A stretch of DNA of 64,000 nt from NCBI GenBank assembly GCA_044376115.1, contig JBILLK010000002.1, positions 96,001-160,000 of the forward strand, given 5' to 3'. This stretch comes from Polyangiaceae bacterium. GTDB lineage: Bacteria; Myxococcota_A; Polyangia; Polyangiales; Polyangiaceae. Both the position numbers and the translations under genes were made by a program. Shown here piece by piece: positions 55,263 through 64,000 of the stretch (position 1 is the first letter of the stretch; each line of letters starts with the position of its first letter). The notes beneath the pieces were generated by a model, which saw only the letters and a program-made list of their open reading frames with translations, was not told the DNA's origin and did not search any database.

Positions 55263-56615
55263 ATGCGTTTCCCGCTTGGCTTGAGTTCTGCTGTCGCGAG
55301 CACCTTGCTCACCCTTTTCGCTGCTTGCGGCGATGACTCCTCGAGTTCGGGCGGAAGTGGCGGCTCGGGCGGTGGGGCTGGCGGCGGAGAGGGGCTGTCG
55401 AACCCTGGCCGGGTTTGTATCGACAGCGAGGCCCTTACTGTGGTGCCGCCGGCGGGACTGCAAGTGCGCTTCCGCGTGCTGGATGATTCGGGCTCAGCAG
55501 TTCGCGAGCTGAACCAGGAAGGGGACGTCGTCATTCTCAACGATGAGAAGGGCGAGCCGTTTGGTACTGGGAACGAAGGTGATGCGGTGTCAGCGCTCGG
55601 CCCGCCCGCCGACCTCGAACTGAACTCGATCCTCGTGCTCGATATGTCCGACTCGATCGTCAACGCGGGGCTGCAAGATCGCGTGATTGACGGCGCTCGC
55701 GCTTACATCGAGGAGGTGATCGAGAACGGCAATCCCGACTACCCGCACCGTGTGGCGCTGGTCATCTTTGGCCGCCCTGAGGCGATCGAGCTGATCCAAG
55801 ACTTCACCACGTCGATCGACGAACTCTACGGTGCGCTGGAGCAGCTACGCGGCACGCCGTCGCTCGGCACCACCGATCTCTATCAAGCCTATTTGAGCTC
55901 ACTGCAGTACCTCGACAACCAAGGCGTCGAAGGGCAGGTGAGTGAGAAGTTGATGGTGCTCATCAGTGACGGTGCACACGAAGCGGGCGCTACCGCCTTC
56001 TTGCGTGAGAAAGCCTTGCTCGCCAAACACGGCTCGCTTGCGACCAAGCTGACCATCGGCATCCGCGGCAACTACGATGCCTGCGCGCTTGAGGAGCTCG
56101 CAGGCAGCCCCGAAGGCGCTTGCAACAATCCGCTCAAAGGTTGTCGTGAGGGGCTTACGTGCAGCAACGACACCGATCCGCCGGCGAGCTGCACCCAGTT
56201 CCAATCGGACGTGGATCCGGACGATCTCGAAGCGGCGTTTGCCGCCTTTGCAAAGCGCGCAGAAGGAATTGCGCGGTCCAACTACGTGGTCGGCGTCTGT
56301 ACTCCCGTCGCCCTCGGCACCAGCTCCGTAACCATTCGCGTGAACGTCGACGGCGCCGTCGATTCGGCCACGCTGCCGTACAGCACCTTTGACAGTGAGG
56401 GCAACCCGCTGCTTACCGGCGCTGTCAACGAATGCGACGTCGACGAGGTCAAGAACTTCGTCGCTCCGCCGGACACCGGTGGCATGGGCGGTGCCGGCGG
56501 CATGGGCGGTGCCGGTGGCGCAGGCGGCATGGGCGGCGCTCCCGCTGGCGGTGCCGGTGGCGCAGGCGGCATGGGCGGCGGCGCTCCCGCCGGCGGCGCG
56601 GGCGGCGGACTGTAG
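55263..56615 (+). CDS. VWA-domain lipoprotein with a Gly-rich C-terminal tail
   Basis: Lipobox FAAC-GDD; MIDAS LDMSDS, TDLY, ISDG. Confidence 0.85.
   Translation: MRFPLGLSSAVASTLLTLFAACGDDSSSSGGSGGSGGGAGGGEGLSNPGRVCIDSEALTVVPPAGLQVRFRVLDDSGSAVRELNQEGDVVILNDEKGEPFGTGNEGDAVSALGPPADLELNSILVLDMSDSIVNAGLQDRVIDGARAYIEEVIENGNPDYPHRVALVIFGRPEAIELIQDFTTSIDELYGALEQLRGTPSLGTTDLYQAYLSSLQYLDNQGVEGQVSEKLMVLISDGAHEAGATAFLREKALLAKHGSLATKLTIGIRGNYDACALEELAGSPEGACNNPLKGCREGLTCSNDTDPPASCTQFQSDVDPDDLEAAFAAFAKRAEGIARSNYVVGVCTPVALGTSSVTIRVNVDGAVDSATLPYSTFDSEGNPLLTGAVNECDVDEVKNFVAPPDTGGMGGAGGMGGAGGAGGMGGAPAGGAGGAGGMGGGAPAGGAGGGL
56478..56609 (+). repeat. Low-complexity coding repeat (GGMGGAGG / GGAPAGG)
   Basis: Repeated GGCATGGGCGG and GGTGCCGGTGGCGCAGGCGGCATGGGCGGC units. 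Confidence 0.75.
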
Positions 56616-56657
56616 TCCAACAACGTGCGTGGCGACGGCTCTTGGGCCGTCGCCGGC

Positions 56658-57632
56658 TTAGCTGCGGCGCTCTTGCGAGAGCAGCCACAACACGGCCATC
56701 CGCACCGCGACGCCTGCTTCCACCTGATCCAAGATGACGCTTTGCGCGCCGTCGGCAACATCCGGCGCAATCTCCACCCCGCGGTTCATCGGCCCAGGGT
56801 GCATCACGATGGCGTCGGGCTTTGCGAGCTTGAGGCGTGTGGCGTTGAGGCCGAAGGTGCGGCTGAACTCACGCAGCGTCGGCAAGAAAGTGCCGGAGAG
56901 ACGCTCGCGCTGAATGCGCAACATCATCACGACGTCGGCGCCTTCGAGCGCAGGCTCGATGCGCTTGTGCATCGTTACGCCGAGCGTCTCCACCTCGGGC
57001 GGTAGCAACGTCAACGGCGCTGCAACGTGCACGTCGGCGCCGAGCGTCTTGAGCAAGATCGCGTTGGAGCGGGCAACGCGGCTGTGCAGGATGTCGCCGC
57101 AGATGGCGACGCGCAGGCCCGCGAAGCCCTGCTTGTGCTTGCGGATCGTGAAGGCGTCGAGCAAGGCCTGCGTTGGGTGCTGATGCGTGCCGTCTCCGCC
57201 GTTGACCACGGTGACGCCGCTGCGCTCAGCGATATACGCCGCTGCGCCCGAGGCAGCATGCCGGATCACCACCACGTCGGGCCGCATTGCCTCGAGCGTC
57301 CGAATCGTGTCGAGCAGCGTCTCGCCTTTGGTCGAGCTCGACGAGGAGCCGGACAGGTTGACGACGTCCATACTCAGCCGCTTGCCCGCGAGTTCAAAGC
57401 TCGTACGCGTGCGCGTGGAGGCCTCAAAGAAGACGTTGAGCAGCGTCTTGCCGCGCAGCGCGGGGACTTTGCGCACGGCTCTGCGTGAGACGTCGAAGAA
57501 GGACTCGGCGATATCGAGCACGCGCAAGGCTGCGTCGCCGCTCAAGCCGCGAGTGGTAAGCAGCGAACCGAGGTTGAGGGCCTGCCGCTCCGAGGCCGGC
57601 CCCGGCTCGAGAAATGCCTCACCTTCACTCAT
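56658..57632 (-). CDS. pyrB: Aspartate carbamoyltransferase catalytic subunit
   Basis: [49 protein letters not shown]. Confidence 0.97.
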   Translation of the reverse strand: MSEGEAFLEPGPASERQALNLGSLLTTRGLSGDAALRVLDIAESFFDVSRRAVRKVPALRGKTLLNVFFEASTRTRTSFELAGKRLSMDVVNLSGSSSSSTKGETLLDTIRTLEAMRPDVVVIRHAASGAAAYIAERSGVTVVNGGDGTHQHPTQALLDAFTIRKHKQGFAGLRVAICGDILHSRVARSNAILLKTLGADVHVAAPLTLLPPEVETLGVTMHKRIEPALEGADVVMMLRIQRERLSGTFLPTLREFSRTFGLNATRLKLAKPDAIVMHPGPMNRGVEIAPDVADGAQSVILDQVEAGVAVRMAVLWLLSQERRS

Positions 57633-58180
57633 TGCGCACCGCCTTTCACTCGCAAAGCCCACGGCTCTTCATCATCTTCACCCGGGCCAATGCGTTTCAT
57701 CATCACCTCGACCCGCTGACCGCTTGGCACCTCGACTTTGAGGCCCACGTAGTCCGCCTGGATGGGCAACTCGCGGCCGCCGCGATCGATCAGTACACAC
57801 AACTCGATCACCCGTGGGCGGCCGTAGTCCAACACTGCATCGAGGGCCGCGCGAATCGTTCGCCCGGTGTGGAGCACGTCGTCCACCAGGATCAGGCGGC
57901 GGCCCTCGAGCGGCGTTGGGATGCGACTTGGTCCGATGCGCGGGTTGGGCAAGGCGGTGGCTGCGTCATCGCGGTACAGCGTGATGTCGACGACGCCCAG
58001 CGGTACGGGCGAACCAAGCTGCTTTTCAACCAGCTGCGCGAGCCGCTTCGCGAACGGCTCCCCACCGCGCCGAATCGCCACCAAGATGGGCGGAGCTTCA
58101 CTTTGCCGCTGGGCAATCTCGACGGCGAGCGTCTCGAGCACCGCATGCACCGCTTTGGGATCGAGCAGGACCTCGCTCAT
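57629..58180 (-). CDS. pyrR: Bifunctional pyrimidine regulator / uracil phosphoribosyltransferase
   Basis: [39 protein letters not shown]. Confidence 0.95.
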   Translation of the reverse strand: MSEVLLDPKAVHAVLETLAVEIAQRQSEAPPILVAIRRGGEPFAKRLAQLVEKQLGSPVPLGVVDITLYRDDAATALPNPRIGPSRIPTPLEGRRLILVDDVLHTGRTIRAALDAVLDYGRPRVIELCVLIDRGGRELPIQADYVGLKVEVPSGQRVEVMMKRIGPGEDDEEPWALRVKGGAQ

Positions 58181-58269
58181 GGCTGCGGTCTAGCTGCTGG
58201 AGCCAGCCGCGTAAATGAATGACTCGGAAACGCCTTTTGCAGACCGGCGGAGCCCCGTTCGACTTTCGC

Positions 58270-58905
58270 TCAGGCCGCTTGGTGGCGCTTTTGTTCGGCT
58301 AGGTAAAGGGGGAGCTCCACGGCGAGCGAACGCGCAACGCTTGGGCGCGCACAAAGCCTTAGGTGGTAGCTGCTGACGGCCGGCCAGTTCGAAAGCTGGA
58401 GCGGCGTTGCTTGCACCCAATTCAGCACCGTCACCAAGTAGGCGTCGGCGACCGAGAAGTCTTCGAGCAGGAACTGTCGGTTCTGCAGGTGAGCCTCGAG
58501 CAGGTCGAAGCGGGGTTTTGCCTTGGACAGGGCGTGGGCCTTGGCTCCTTCCGGCGCGCTGCGGTCAAAGAGCGGCGCGAATACGCACTTGTGCAGCTCG
58601 GTCCCAACGAAGCTCAACCACTGTTGCAGTTGCGTGCGGCCAATGAGGTCCGTGGGCGCCAGACGCTTTTCGGGGAATCGGTCAGCCAGGTACTGCAAGA
58701 TTGCGGCGTTCTCGGTCAGTAGCTCGCCGGCCTCGTTGCGCAGCACAGGCACCAGGGCCAGTTGTGAGATCGCTCCGAGTTCGCCTCCCTCGATCAAGCG
58801 GTGGGTGAAGGGATCAACCTCGTGGAACTCGGCTGCCTGGCCGAGCTCATGGAGCACGATGCGAGAGGCGAGTGAGCTGCTGAGCGGCGAAAAATATAGT
58901 TCCAT
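58270..58905 (-). CDS. Glutathione S-transferase (beta class-like)
   Basis: MELYFSP.SSSLA, VPVL, LTENAAILQYLAD, FSVADAYL. Confidence 0.92.
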   Translation of the reverse strand: MELYFSPLSSSLASRIVLHELGQAAEFHEVDPFTHRLIEGGELGAISQLALVPVLRNEAGELLTENAAILQYLADRFPEKRLAPTDLIGRTQLQQWLSFVGTELHKCVFAPLFDRSAPEGAKAHALSKAKPRFDLLEAHLQNRQFLLEDFSVADAYLVTVLNWVQATPLQLSNWPAVSSYHLRLCARPSVARSLAVELPLYLAEQKRHQAA

Positions 58906-58995
58906 TACCTGTTCTCCTCGGCACATAGAGTTGGGCCGCGGACCAAGATGGAGCTAAGTAGCTATTGAATCCATCGCAACGTTTTCACCAGAACG

Positions 58996-59949
58996 ATGAA
59001 CAAGCTGCATCAAACGCTAAACCTGGAGCTGCGTGATCTGCGCCTCGTGGCAAGCATCGCGCAAAGCGGTGGGCTAGGCGCCGCAGCACGGCGGCTACAC
59101 CTGACGCAGTCCGCGCTGAGCCATCATCTCAAGGCGCTGGAAGAGCGCATGGGCGCTAACTTCTTTGACCGCGTCGGGCGGGGGCTCGTGCTCAACGCTC
59201 GCGGCGCCCGCTTGGTGGAGCTCGCCGAGCGGCTCTGGCCCGAAGTGCTGGCTGTGGAGCGTGCGCTCTCCTTGCCTCAGACCCTGCCTTCGAAGTTGCG
59301 GCTCACCAGCGGTTGTTACACGGCCTACCCGTGGTTGCCCGAGGCGTTGCGCAGGCTTAGCGCGGCCGTCCCAGGGACTCGCGTCGAGGTGGTGGTAGAC
59401 GCGACGCGACGCGCGGCTGAGGCGTTGCTTTCGGGCGAGGTCGACCTCGCGCTGATGCCCTGGCTCACGCCCGACGCGCGGCTCTTGGCTAGGCCGGTGT
59501 TCGAGGAGGAAATCTCGGCGGTAATGCTACCAAATGATCCGCTGGCGAAGCGCGCGACCGTGCCGGTGAGCGCGCTCGCCACCCGTCGCGTGCTGGTGCA
59601 CGAGGTGCCCCCGGATGAACTAGTCTGGACGCGCAAGGTGCTTGGGCGCTCCTTCTCGGCGTTACGTCACGCGGAACGGGTTCCTTTGACGGAGGCGATG
59701 GTGGCGCTCACCAAGCTGGGGCAGGGCGTCTCGCTGCTAGGCCCATGGGCGATCCGCGCGGAGATCGAGCGCGGGGAGCTTGTGTCTCGTCCGTTGCGAC
59801 CACGTCTGCGCCGTCCGTTTGCTTTGGTCAGCGTGCGAGCCGCTCCTGCCGATCCACGGGCGGAGGTCCTGGTCGAGGTGCTCAAGGAGTGGGGCTCGAG
59901 CGAGCGCACTCCCGCAAAAAGGCCACCGCCTCGCGCGCGTCGTCGGTGA
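58996..59949 (+). CDS. LysR-family transcriptional regulator
   Basis: HTH AARRLHLTQSALSHHLKALE; divergent from the GST gene. Confidence 0.93.
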   Translation: MNKLHQTLNLELRDLRLVASIAQSGGLGAAARRLHLTQSALSHHLKALEERMGANFFDRVGRGLVLNARGARLVELAERLWPEVLAVERALSLPQTLPSKLRLTSGCYTAYPWLPEALRRLSAAVPGTRVEVVVDATRRAAEALLSGEVDLALMPWLTPDARLLARPVFEEEISAVMLPNDPLAKRATVPVSALATRRVLVHEVPPDELVWTRKVLGRSFSALRHAERVPLTEAMVALTKLGQGVSLLGPWAIRAEIERGELVSRPLRPRLRRPFALVSVRAAPADPRAEVLVEVLKEWGSSERTPAKRPPPRARRR

Positions 59950-60829
59950 CGTGGAGCTTGCTGGCGAGCTCGTCGGCGTTCGAGGAGAGACTCACGAGTT
60001 TGCGAATCACTGGCAAGATGCCCGTCTCCACTTCGTAGTGGTCTCTACCAAGGAACACCATCGGCGAGACGACGTCGAAGGTCTTGTAGAAGTTCTGGGC
60101 CAAATCCATGAAGATCTCCTGCCAGGTCCCGGCCTTACCCGGCGCAAACACCACTCCACCCTTAGCGATGGCGAGCAGCGTGTCTTCGCGCAGGCCGTTC
60201 GAGAAGTACTTGGCGATGGCGGTGCCGAAGAGGTTGGTCGGCTCGTGCCCGTAGAACCAAGTCGGTACGGCTAGCGATGGCGTACGCGTCGGAAAGCGCT
60301 CGACCACCCGGCGTGCCGCGCTCAGGTATTCCGGTTTGCGGTAGTCATTTTCGACGCTGAGCAAGGCGAGGGCTTCGTCGACCGCCTCGAGTGGGTAGGA
60401 CGCCAAGCTAGCCCCCAGGTTGGTGGCCTCCATGATGCCCGGACCTCCGCCGCTGGCCACGGTGATCCCGCAAGCCGCGAGCTCGTGTGAGAGCTGCGCG
60501 ACGCAGCGGTATTCGCTGCTGCTGCGCGATTTGCCGTGGCCCCCCATGACTGCCACGAGCGTCGCTTCTCGAGCGCCACCCACGGGGCTACTCTCGGCCA
60601 AGAAACGGCGCAAAGCCTCATCGATCGACCAGTCGTGCAGCCGCTCCACATAGGCCTCCTCGCGGCTGGGGTTGCGCCGCCCGAAGTTGGAGAAGTGCTG
60701 GTAGATGGCGTAGTCCCGGGTCGACTCAAGCGTGCCGTCGGCGCCCGAAAGCAGCTCCTCGGGCGAATAGAGCTCGGTTCGAAGTGGGTCGAAGGGCAGG
60801 TTGTGAGCTTGAAAGTCCGGTGTAGGCAT
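59882..60829 (-). CDS. LOG-family (Rossmann-fold) nucleotide-binding protein
   Basis: VMGGH, SGGGPGIMEA.N.GA, PTWFYGHEP, PGKAGT.QE. Confidence 0.85.
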   Translation of the reverse strand: MPTPDFQAHNLPFDPLRTELYSPEELLSGADGTLESTRDYAIYQHFSNFGRRNPSREEAYVERLHDWSIDEALRRFLAESSPVGGAREATLVAVMGGHGKSRSSSEYRCVAQLSHELAACGITVASGGGPGIMEATNLGASLASYPLEAVDEALALLSVENDYRKPEYLSAARRVVERFPTRTPSLAVPTWFYGHEPTNLFGTAIAKYFSNGLREDTLLAIAKGGVVFAPGKAGTWQEIFMDLAQNFYKTFDVVSPMVFLGRDHYEVETGILPVIRKLVSLSSNADELASKLHVTDDAREAVAFLRECARSSPTP

Positions 60830-60915
60830 AGGGCGCGGCTCCTCGTGCGAGCTTGTTGCAAGGGCGGGTGAGTTCCCGATCCGCTTGGCGTTTGCGATTG
60901 TATGCTTCGCCACCG

Positions 60916-62031
60916 ATGAGTGCCGGACTCGCTTTCGAACACGTCGTAAAAAAGTACGGCACCACGCGCGTGCTCGATGACGTTCACTTCGAGACCAAGC
61001 CTAGTGAGCTGGTCGTCCTGGTAGGGCCCAGCGGCTGCGGCAAGTCCACCTTGATGCGGCTCGTCGCGGGGCTCGAGACGATCGATGAAGGGCGCATCGT
61101 CTTCAATGACCGCGTGCTCAATCAGGTCCCGCCCCACGAGCGTGGAGTGGGGATGGTGTTTCAGAGTTATGCGCTCTACCCGCATATGACCGTGGCGGAG
61201 AACCTCGGTTTTCCGCTGCGCGTACGCAAAGTGGATCCGAGCGAGGTCGCTCGCGAGGTTGCGCGCGTCGCCGACATGCTCTCGCTCGGACCGCTGCTCG
61301 AACGGTTGCCGAAGGCGCTCTCGGGCGGTCAGCGTCAACGCGTGGCGATCGGTCGATGTCTGGTGCGCAAGCCGGAGATCTATTGCTTCGACGAGCCGCT
61401 CTCGAACCTCGATGCGGCGCTGCGCTCGGAGATCCGTGTCGAGCTGAAGGCGCTGCAACGCGAGCTCGGTAAGACCGCGCTGTACGTGACGCACGACCAA
61501 ACCGAGGCGATGACGATGGCCGATCGCATCGTGGTGCTGTTCAAAGGCGTGGTGCAGCAAGTGGGCTCGCCGCGGGATCTGTACGAGCGTCCACAAAACC
61601 AGTTCGTTGCACGCTTCATTGGCTCACCGGCGATGACCTGCATTCGCGGTCGTATCGAGGGCGGGCTGTTCAGCGCAGGTGCGCTGCAGTTCGGCTTGCC
61701 TGCGGGCTTCAAGGATGGCGAGGTCGTGCTCGGCGTGCGGCCGGAGCACGTGGCCTTGGTCGAGCCAGGTGAGTCCGGCTCGACTGAGGCTGTGGTCCGG
61801 GCCATCGAGCCGGTGGGTGAAAACGGCTACGCGCACGTGGAGATCAACGGTCTGCGCACAGTGGACGAGACCAAACGCGGCTCAGGCTCGATCGTCGCCA
61901 GCATCGGTGGCGCGCGCGCCTTCGCGTTGCGCACTGGTGAGCGCGTTGGGGTGCGCTGCTCGGTGGAGGCTCTTTCGTTGTTCGACGGTCAATCGGGAGC
62001 GCGTTTGGAAGCGGTGACGTCCAGCCCATGA
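60916..62031 (+). CDS. Sugar ABC transporter ATP-binding protein (MalK/UgpC family)
   Basis: GPSGCGKS, VFQSYALYPHM, LSGGQRQR, DEPLSNLDA, YVTHDQ.EA; TOBE tail. Confidence 0.95.
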   Translation: MSAGLAFEHVVKKYGTTRVLDDVHFETKPSELVVLVGPSGCGKSTLMRLVAGLETIDEGRIVFNDRVLNQVPPHERGVGMVFQSYALYPHMTVAENLGFPLRVRKVDPSEVAREVARVADMLSLGPLLERLPKALSGGQRQRVAIGRCLVRKPEIYCFDEPLSNLDAALRSEIRVELKALQRELGKTALYVTHDQTEAMTMADRIVVLFKGVVQQVGSPRDLYERPQNQFVARFIGSPAMTCIRGRIEGGLFSAGALQFGLPAGFKDGEVVLGVRPEHVALVEPGESGSTEAVVRAIEPVGENGYAHVEINGLRTVDETKRGSGSIVASIGGARAFALRTGERVGVRCSVEALSLFDGQSGARLEAVTSSP

Positions 62032-64000
62032 GCCAGCGAGCGAGCGTGCTGCGTTTGCGACGCGTGGTTGTGGCGCTACTCGTGGCGGCGCTGATTGCTT
62101 TGCTGGTGCTCGCTCGTCAGGGAGGAGAGGCTGGCGGTGGCGGCGTGCGCATCGTGGTTTGGCACTCGCAACGCGGAGCCGAGAAGGAGCTGCTCGAGAG
62201 CCTATTGCGCCGCTTCAACGAACAGCATCGCGGCAGCATCTACGCTGAGCCGCTCGCCGTTCCAGAGAGCTCCTTCAAAGACAAGGTGCTTCGCACCGTG
62301 CCGCGTGGCGCCGGTCCAGACGTCTTCTTGCGGCCCCACAACGAGCTCGGGGAGTTCTTGCGTGATGAGGTCCTCCGTCCAGTGGAGAGCCACGCCTTCC
62401 CCAAAACGCGCGCCTCGTACCACCCGGGGTTGATCGACGGAGTCTCCAGTGAGGGCGCAGTTTATGGCGTGCCCCTGACCTTCAAAGCGCTGGTGCTCTT
62501 CTACGACCAAGAGCTTTACCCAAGCGGCCCACCGGCGGATCTCGACGAACTATTGCGCAACCGCGAGCGCAAGTATCCGCTGGTCTACGACGCCACTAGC
62601 TTCTTCTTTCATGCGCCGTTCTTCCTCGCGAGTGGCGGTCAGATCTTCGATGAGCAAGGCAAGCTGGCACCGTTCGAAGGAGCCGGTCTGGCTTCTTTCG
62701 AGGAGCCGAAGGCTTGGCGCGCTGCAGGTATTTTGCCGCCCGACGTCAGCTACAACGACGCTGTGCGGCTGTTCGAGGAGGGCTCGGCCGGCAGCTTGAT
62801 CAACGGTCCCTGGTATTCGCCCAAAGCGGCAGACGGGCGCACGGATCGCTTCGCGATTGCGCCGTTGCCCGTGCGCAACGGCAAGCCGATGGGCTCGCTC
62901 GTCACGGTGGAAGCGGCCTTCATTAGCAAGAGTACGACGCAGCCGGCCGCCGCCGAAGAGCTCGTGCGCTTCTTGGCCGGGGAAGATGCGGCGCTCTTGC
63001 GCGCAACCAAGCTGGGGCTCCCTCCGCCCTTTGCTGTTGCGGACCCAGCCGTCAAAAACAACGTTTCGATCGCGGTGCAAACCCAGAGCTTGGTCAACGG
63101 CCAAGTCACGCCGGCGAGCACGCTGATGGCGGCTGTGTGGCGGCCCGCAGACGACGTGCTGAAGGCGAGCATGCGAGGGGAAGATCTGAGCGAGCCAGTC
63201 GCGGTTGCACGAGCCACCTTGCTCGAGGTTCAGCGCCCGCGACCGAGCGGCGGTAAGCCTGTGTTCTTCGGCGTCGCGCTCACCGCGCTCTTAGGCTTGG
63301 CCACGATGATGCTCGTGCGTCGGGTTCGGCTCGACGTTGCTTCGCCGGATGCAGCGCGTTCCAAGTTGCTCGGTAACTACGGCGCGGGTGCCGTGCCCTT
63401 CTTGTTGCCCGGCATCGTCTCAACTGCGCTGCTCGTGCTCGTTCCCGCGTTGGTGGCCGCCGGCATGAGCTTCTTCGAGTATCACGAGGGCTCGTTCGAC
63501 TATGTCGGCTTGGCGAACTTCCACGACATCCTGTTGCCGTCGCTGGATCGTGCTTTCGCCTCGCGATCTTTCTACTTCGCCTTGGCGGTCACCATTTTGT
63601 GGACCCTGGTGAACGTACTCTGCCACTTGACGTTGGGCGTCCTGGTCGCGCTTTGTTTGCGACCAGCCTGGGTCAGACTGCGCGGCTTCTTTCGCGTGCT
63701 GTTGGTGCTGCCCTGGGCGATCCCCAACTACATCACTGCGCTGATGTGGAAAGGCATGTTCCACGCTCAGGTCGGCGCGATCAACGCACTGCTGGCGCCC
63801 TTCGGGTTTGAGGGCTTCCAATGGTTCAACACCTTCTACACGGCCTTCCTGGCCAACGTGCTGACCAATACCTGGCTCGGCTTTCCGTTCATGATGATCG
63901 TCACCTTGGGCGCGCTGACGAGCATCCCCAAAGAGGTGGAGGAGGCCGCCGAACTCGACGGTGCGTCCAAGTTCCAGCGCTTTACCTTGGTGCTCTTTCC
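62028..64000 (+). CDS. Fused sugar-binding protein + ABC permease (MalE-MalF-like), truncated by the window end
   Basis: ATGA overlap with malK. VVWHS...GPDVF..PHN, VYGVP, INGPW, then in the same frame YVGLANF, LPWAIP, WLGFPFMM, EAAELDGAS. Confidence 0.88.
   Translation, partial: MSQRASVLRLRRVVVALLVAALIALLVLARQGGEAGGGGVRIVVWHSQRGAEKELLESLLRRFNEQHRGSIYAEPLAVPESSFKDKVLRTVPRGAGPDVFLRPHNELGEFLRDEVLRPVESHAFPKTRASYHPGLIDGVSSEGAVYGVPLTFKALVLFYDQELYPSGPPADLDELLRNRERKYPLVYDATSFFFHAPFFLASGGQIFDEQGKLAPFEGAGLASFEEPKAWRAAGILPPDVSYNDAVRLFEEGSAGSLINGPWYSPKAADGRTDRFAIAPLPVRNGKPMGSLVTVEAAFISKSTTQPAAAEELVRFLAGEDAALLRATKLGLPPPFAVADPAVKNNVSIAVQTQSLVNGQVTPASTLMAAVWRPADDVLKASMRGEDLSEPVAVARATLLEVQRPRPSGGKPVFFGVALTALLGLATMMLVRRVRLDVASPDAARSKLLGNYGAGAVPFLLPGIVSTALLVLVPALVAAGMSFFEYHEGSFDYVGLANFHDILLPSLDRAFASRSFYFALAVTILWTLVNVLCHLTLGVLVALCLRPAWVRLRGFFRVLLVLPWAIPNYITALMWKGMFHAQVGAINALLAPFGFEGFQWFNTFYTAFLANVLTNTWLGFPFMMIVTLGALTSIPKEVEEAAELDGASKFQRFTLVLF

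Noticed and set aside
58181..58269. PyrR-binding attenuator upstream of pyrR
   Set aside because: No recognisable PyrR binding-loop consensus or terminator/antiterminator seen.
24..63821. Numerous long antisense or alternate-frame ORFs in the track (e.g. 24-1148, 7177-8520, 14985-16667, 52436-53632, 60322-61596)
   Set aside because: Typical high-GC shadow ORFs overlapping well-supported genes, with Arg/Ala-rich sequence and no motifs.

Overview
GC-rich, gene-dense chromosomal window that looks myxobacterial (Polyangiaceae/Sorangiineae-like). This is inferred from its Gly/Cys-rich lipoproteins, FHA-sigma54 activator, Hanks kinase and TSP3-OmpA protein. Housekeeping genes (hemL, pit/DUF47, thrC, clpP, pyrR-pyrB, a sugar ABC transporter) are interleaved with many uncharacterised lipoproteins. 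The standout locus is at 35.7-37.9 kb. A radical SAM/SPASM enzyme resembling the PlpX 'splicease' family (tyramine excision at XYG motifs) is flanked by two paralogous ~133-aa genes. Each encodes an N-terminal CxxC-x10-CxxC zinc ribbon, a lipoprotein signal and a Gly-rich tail whose only tyrosines lie in two AYG-x-x-P-T motifs. This suggests RiPP-type backbone splicing of membrane-anchored lipoproteins, next to a kinase/FHA-sigma54 signalling cassette. Other observations: a near-consensus Pho box upstream of DUF47-pit, an uncalled YjfB-like small gene, probable CTG starts, an MltD/M16-like fusion, and an isoprenoid-synthase-fold gene coupled to an ArsA/Get3 pair. No rRNA, tRNA, CRISPR array or mobile element was recognised. 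All calls come from reading the sequence and recalling motifs; no searches were run.
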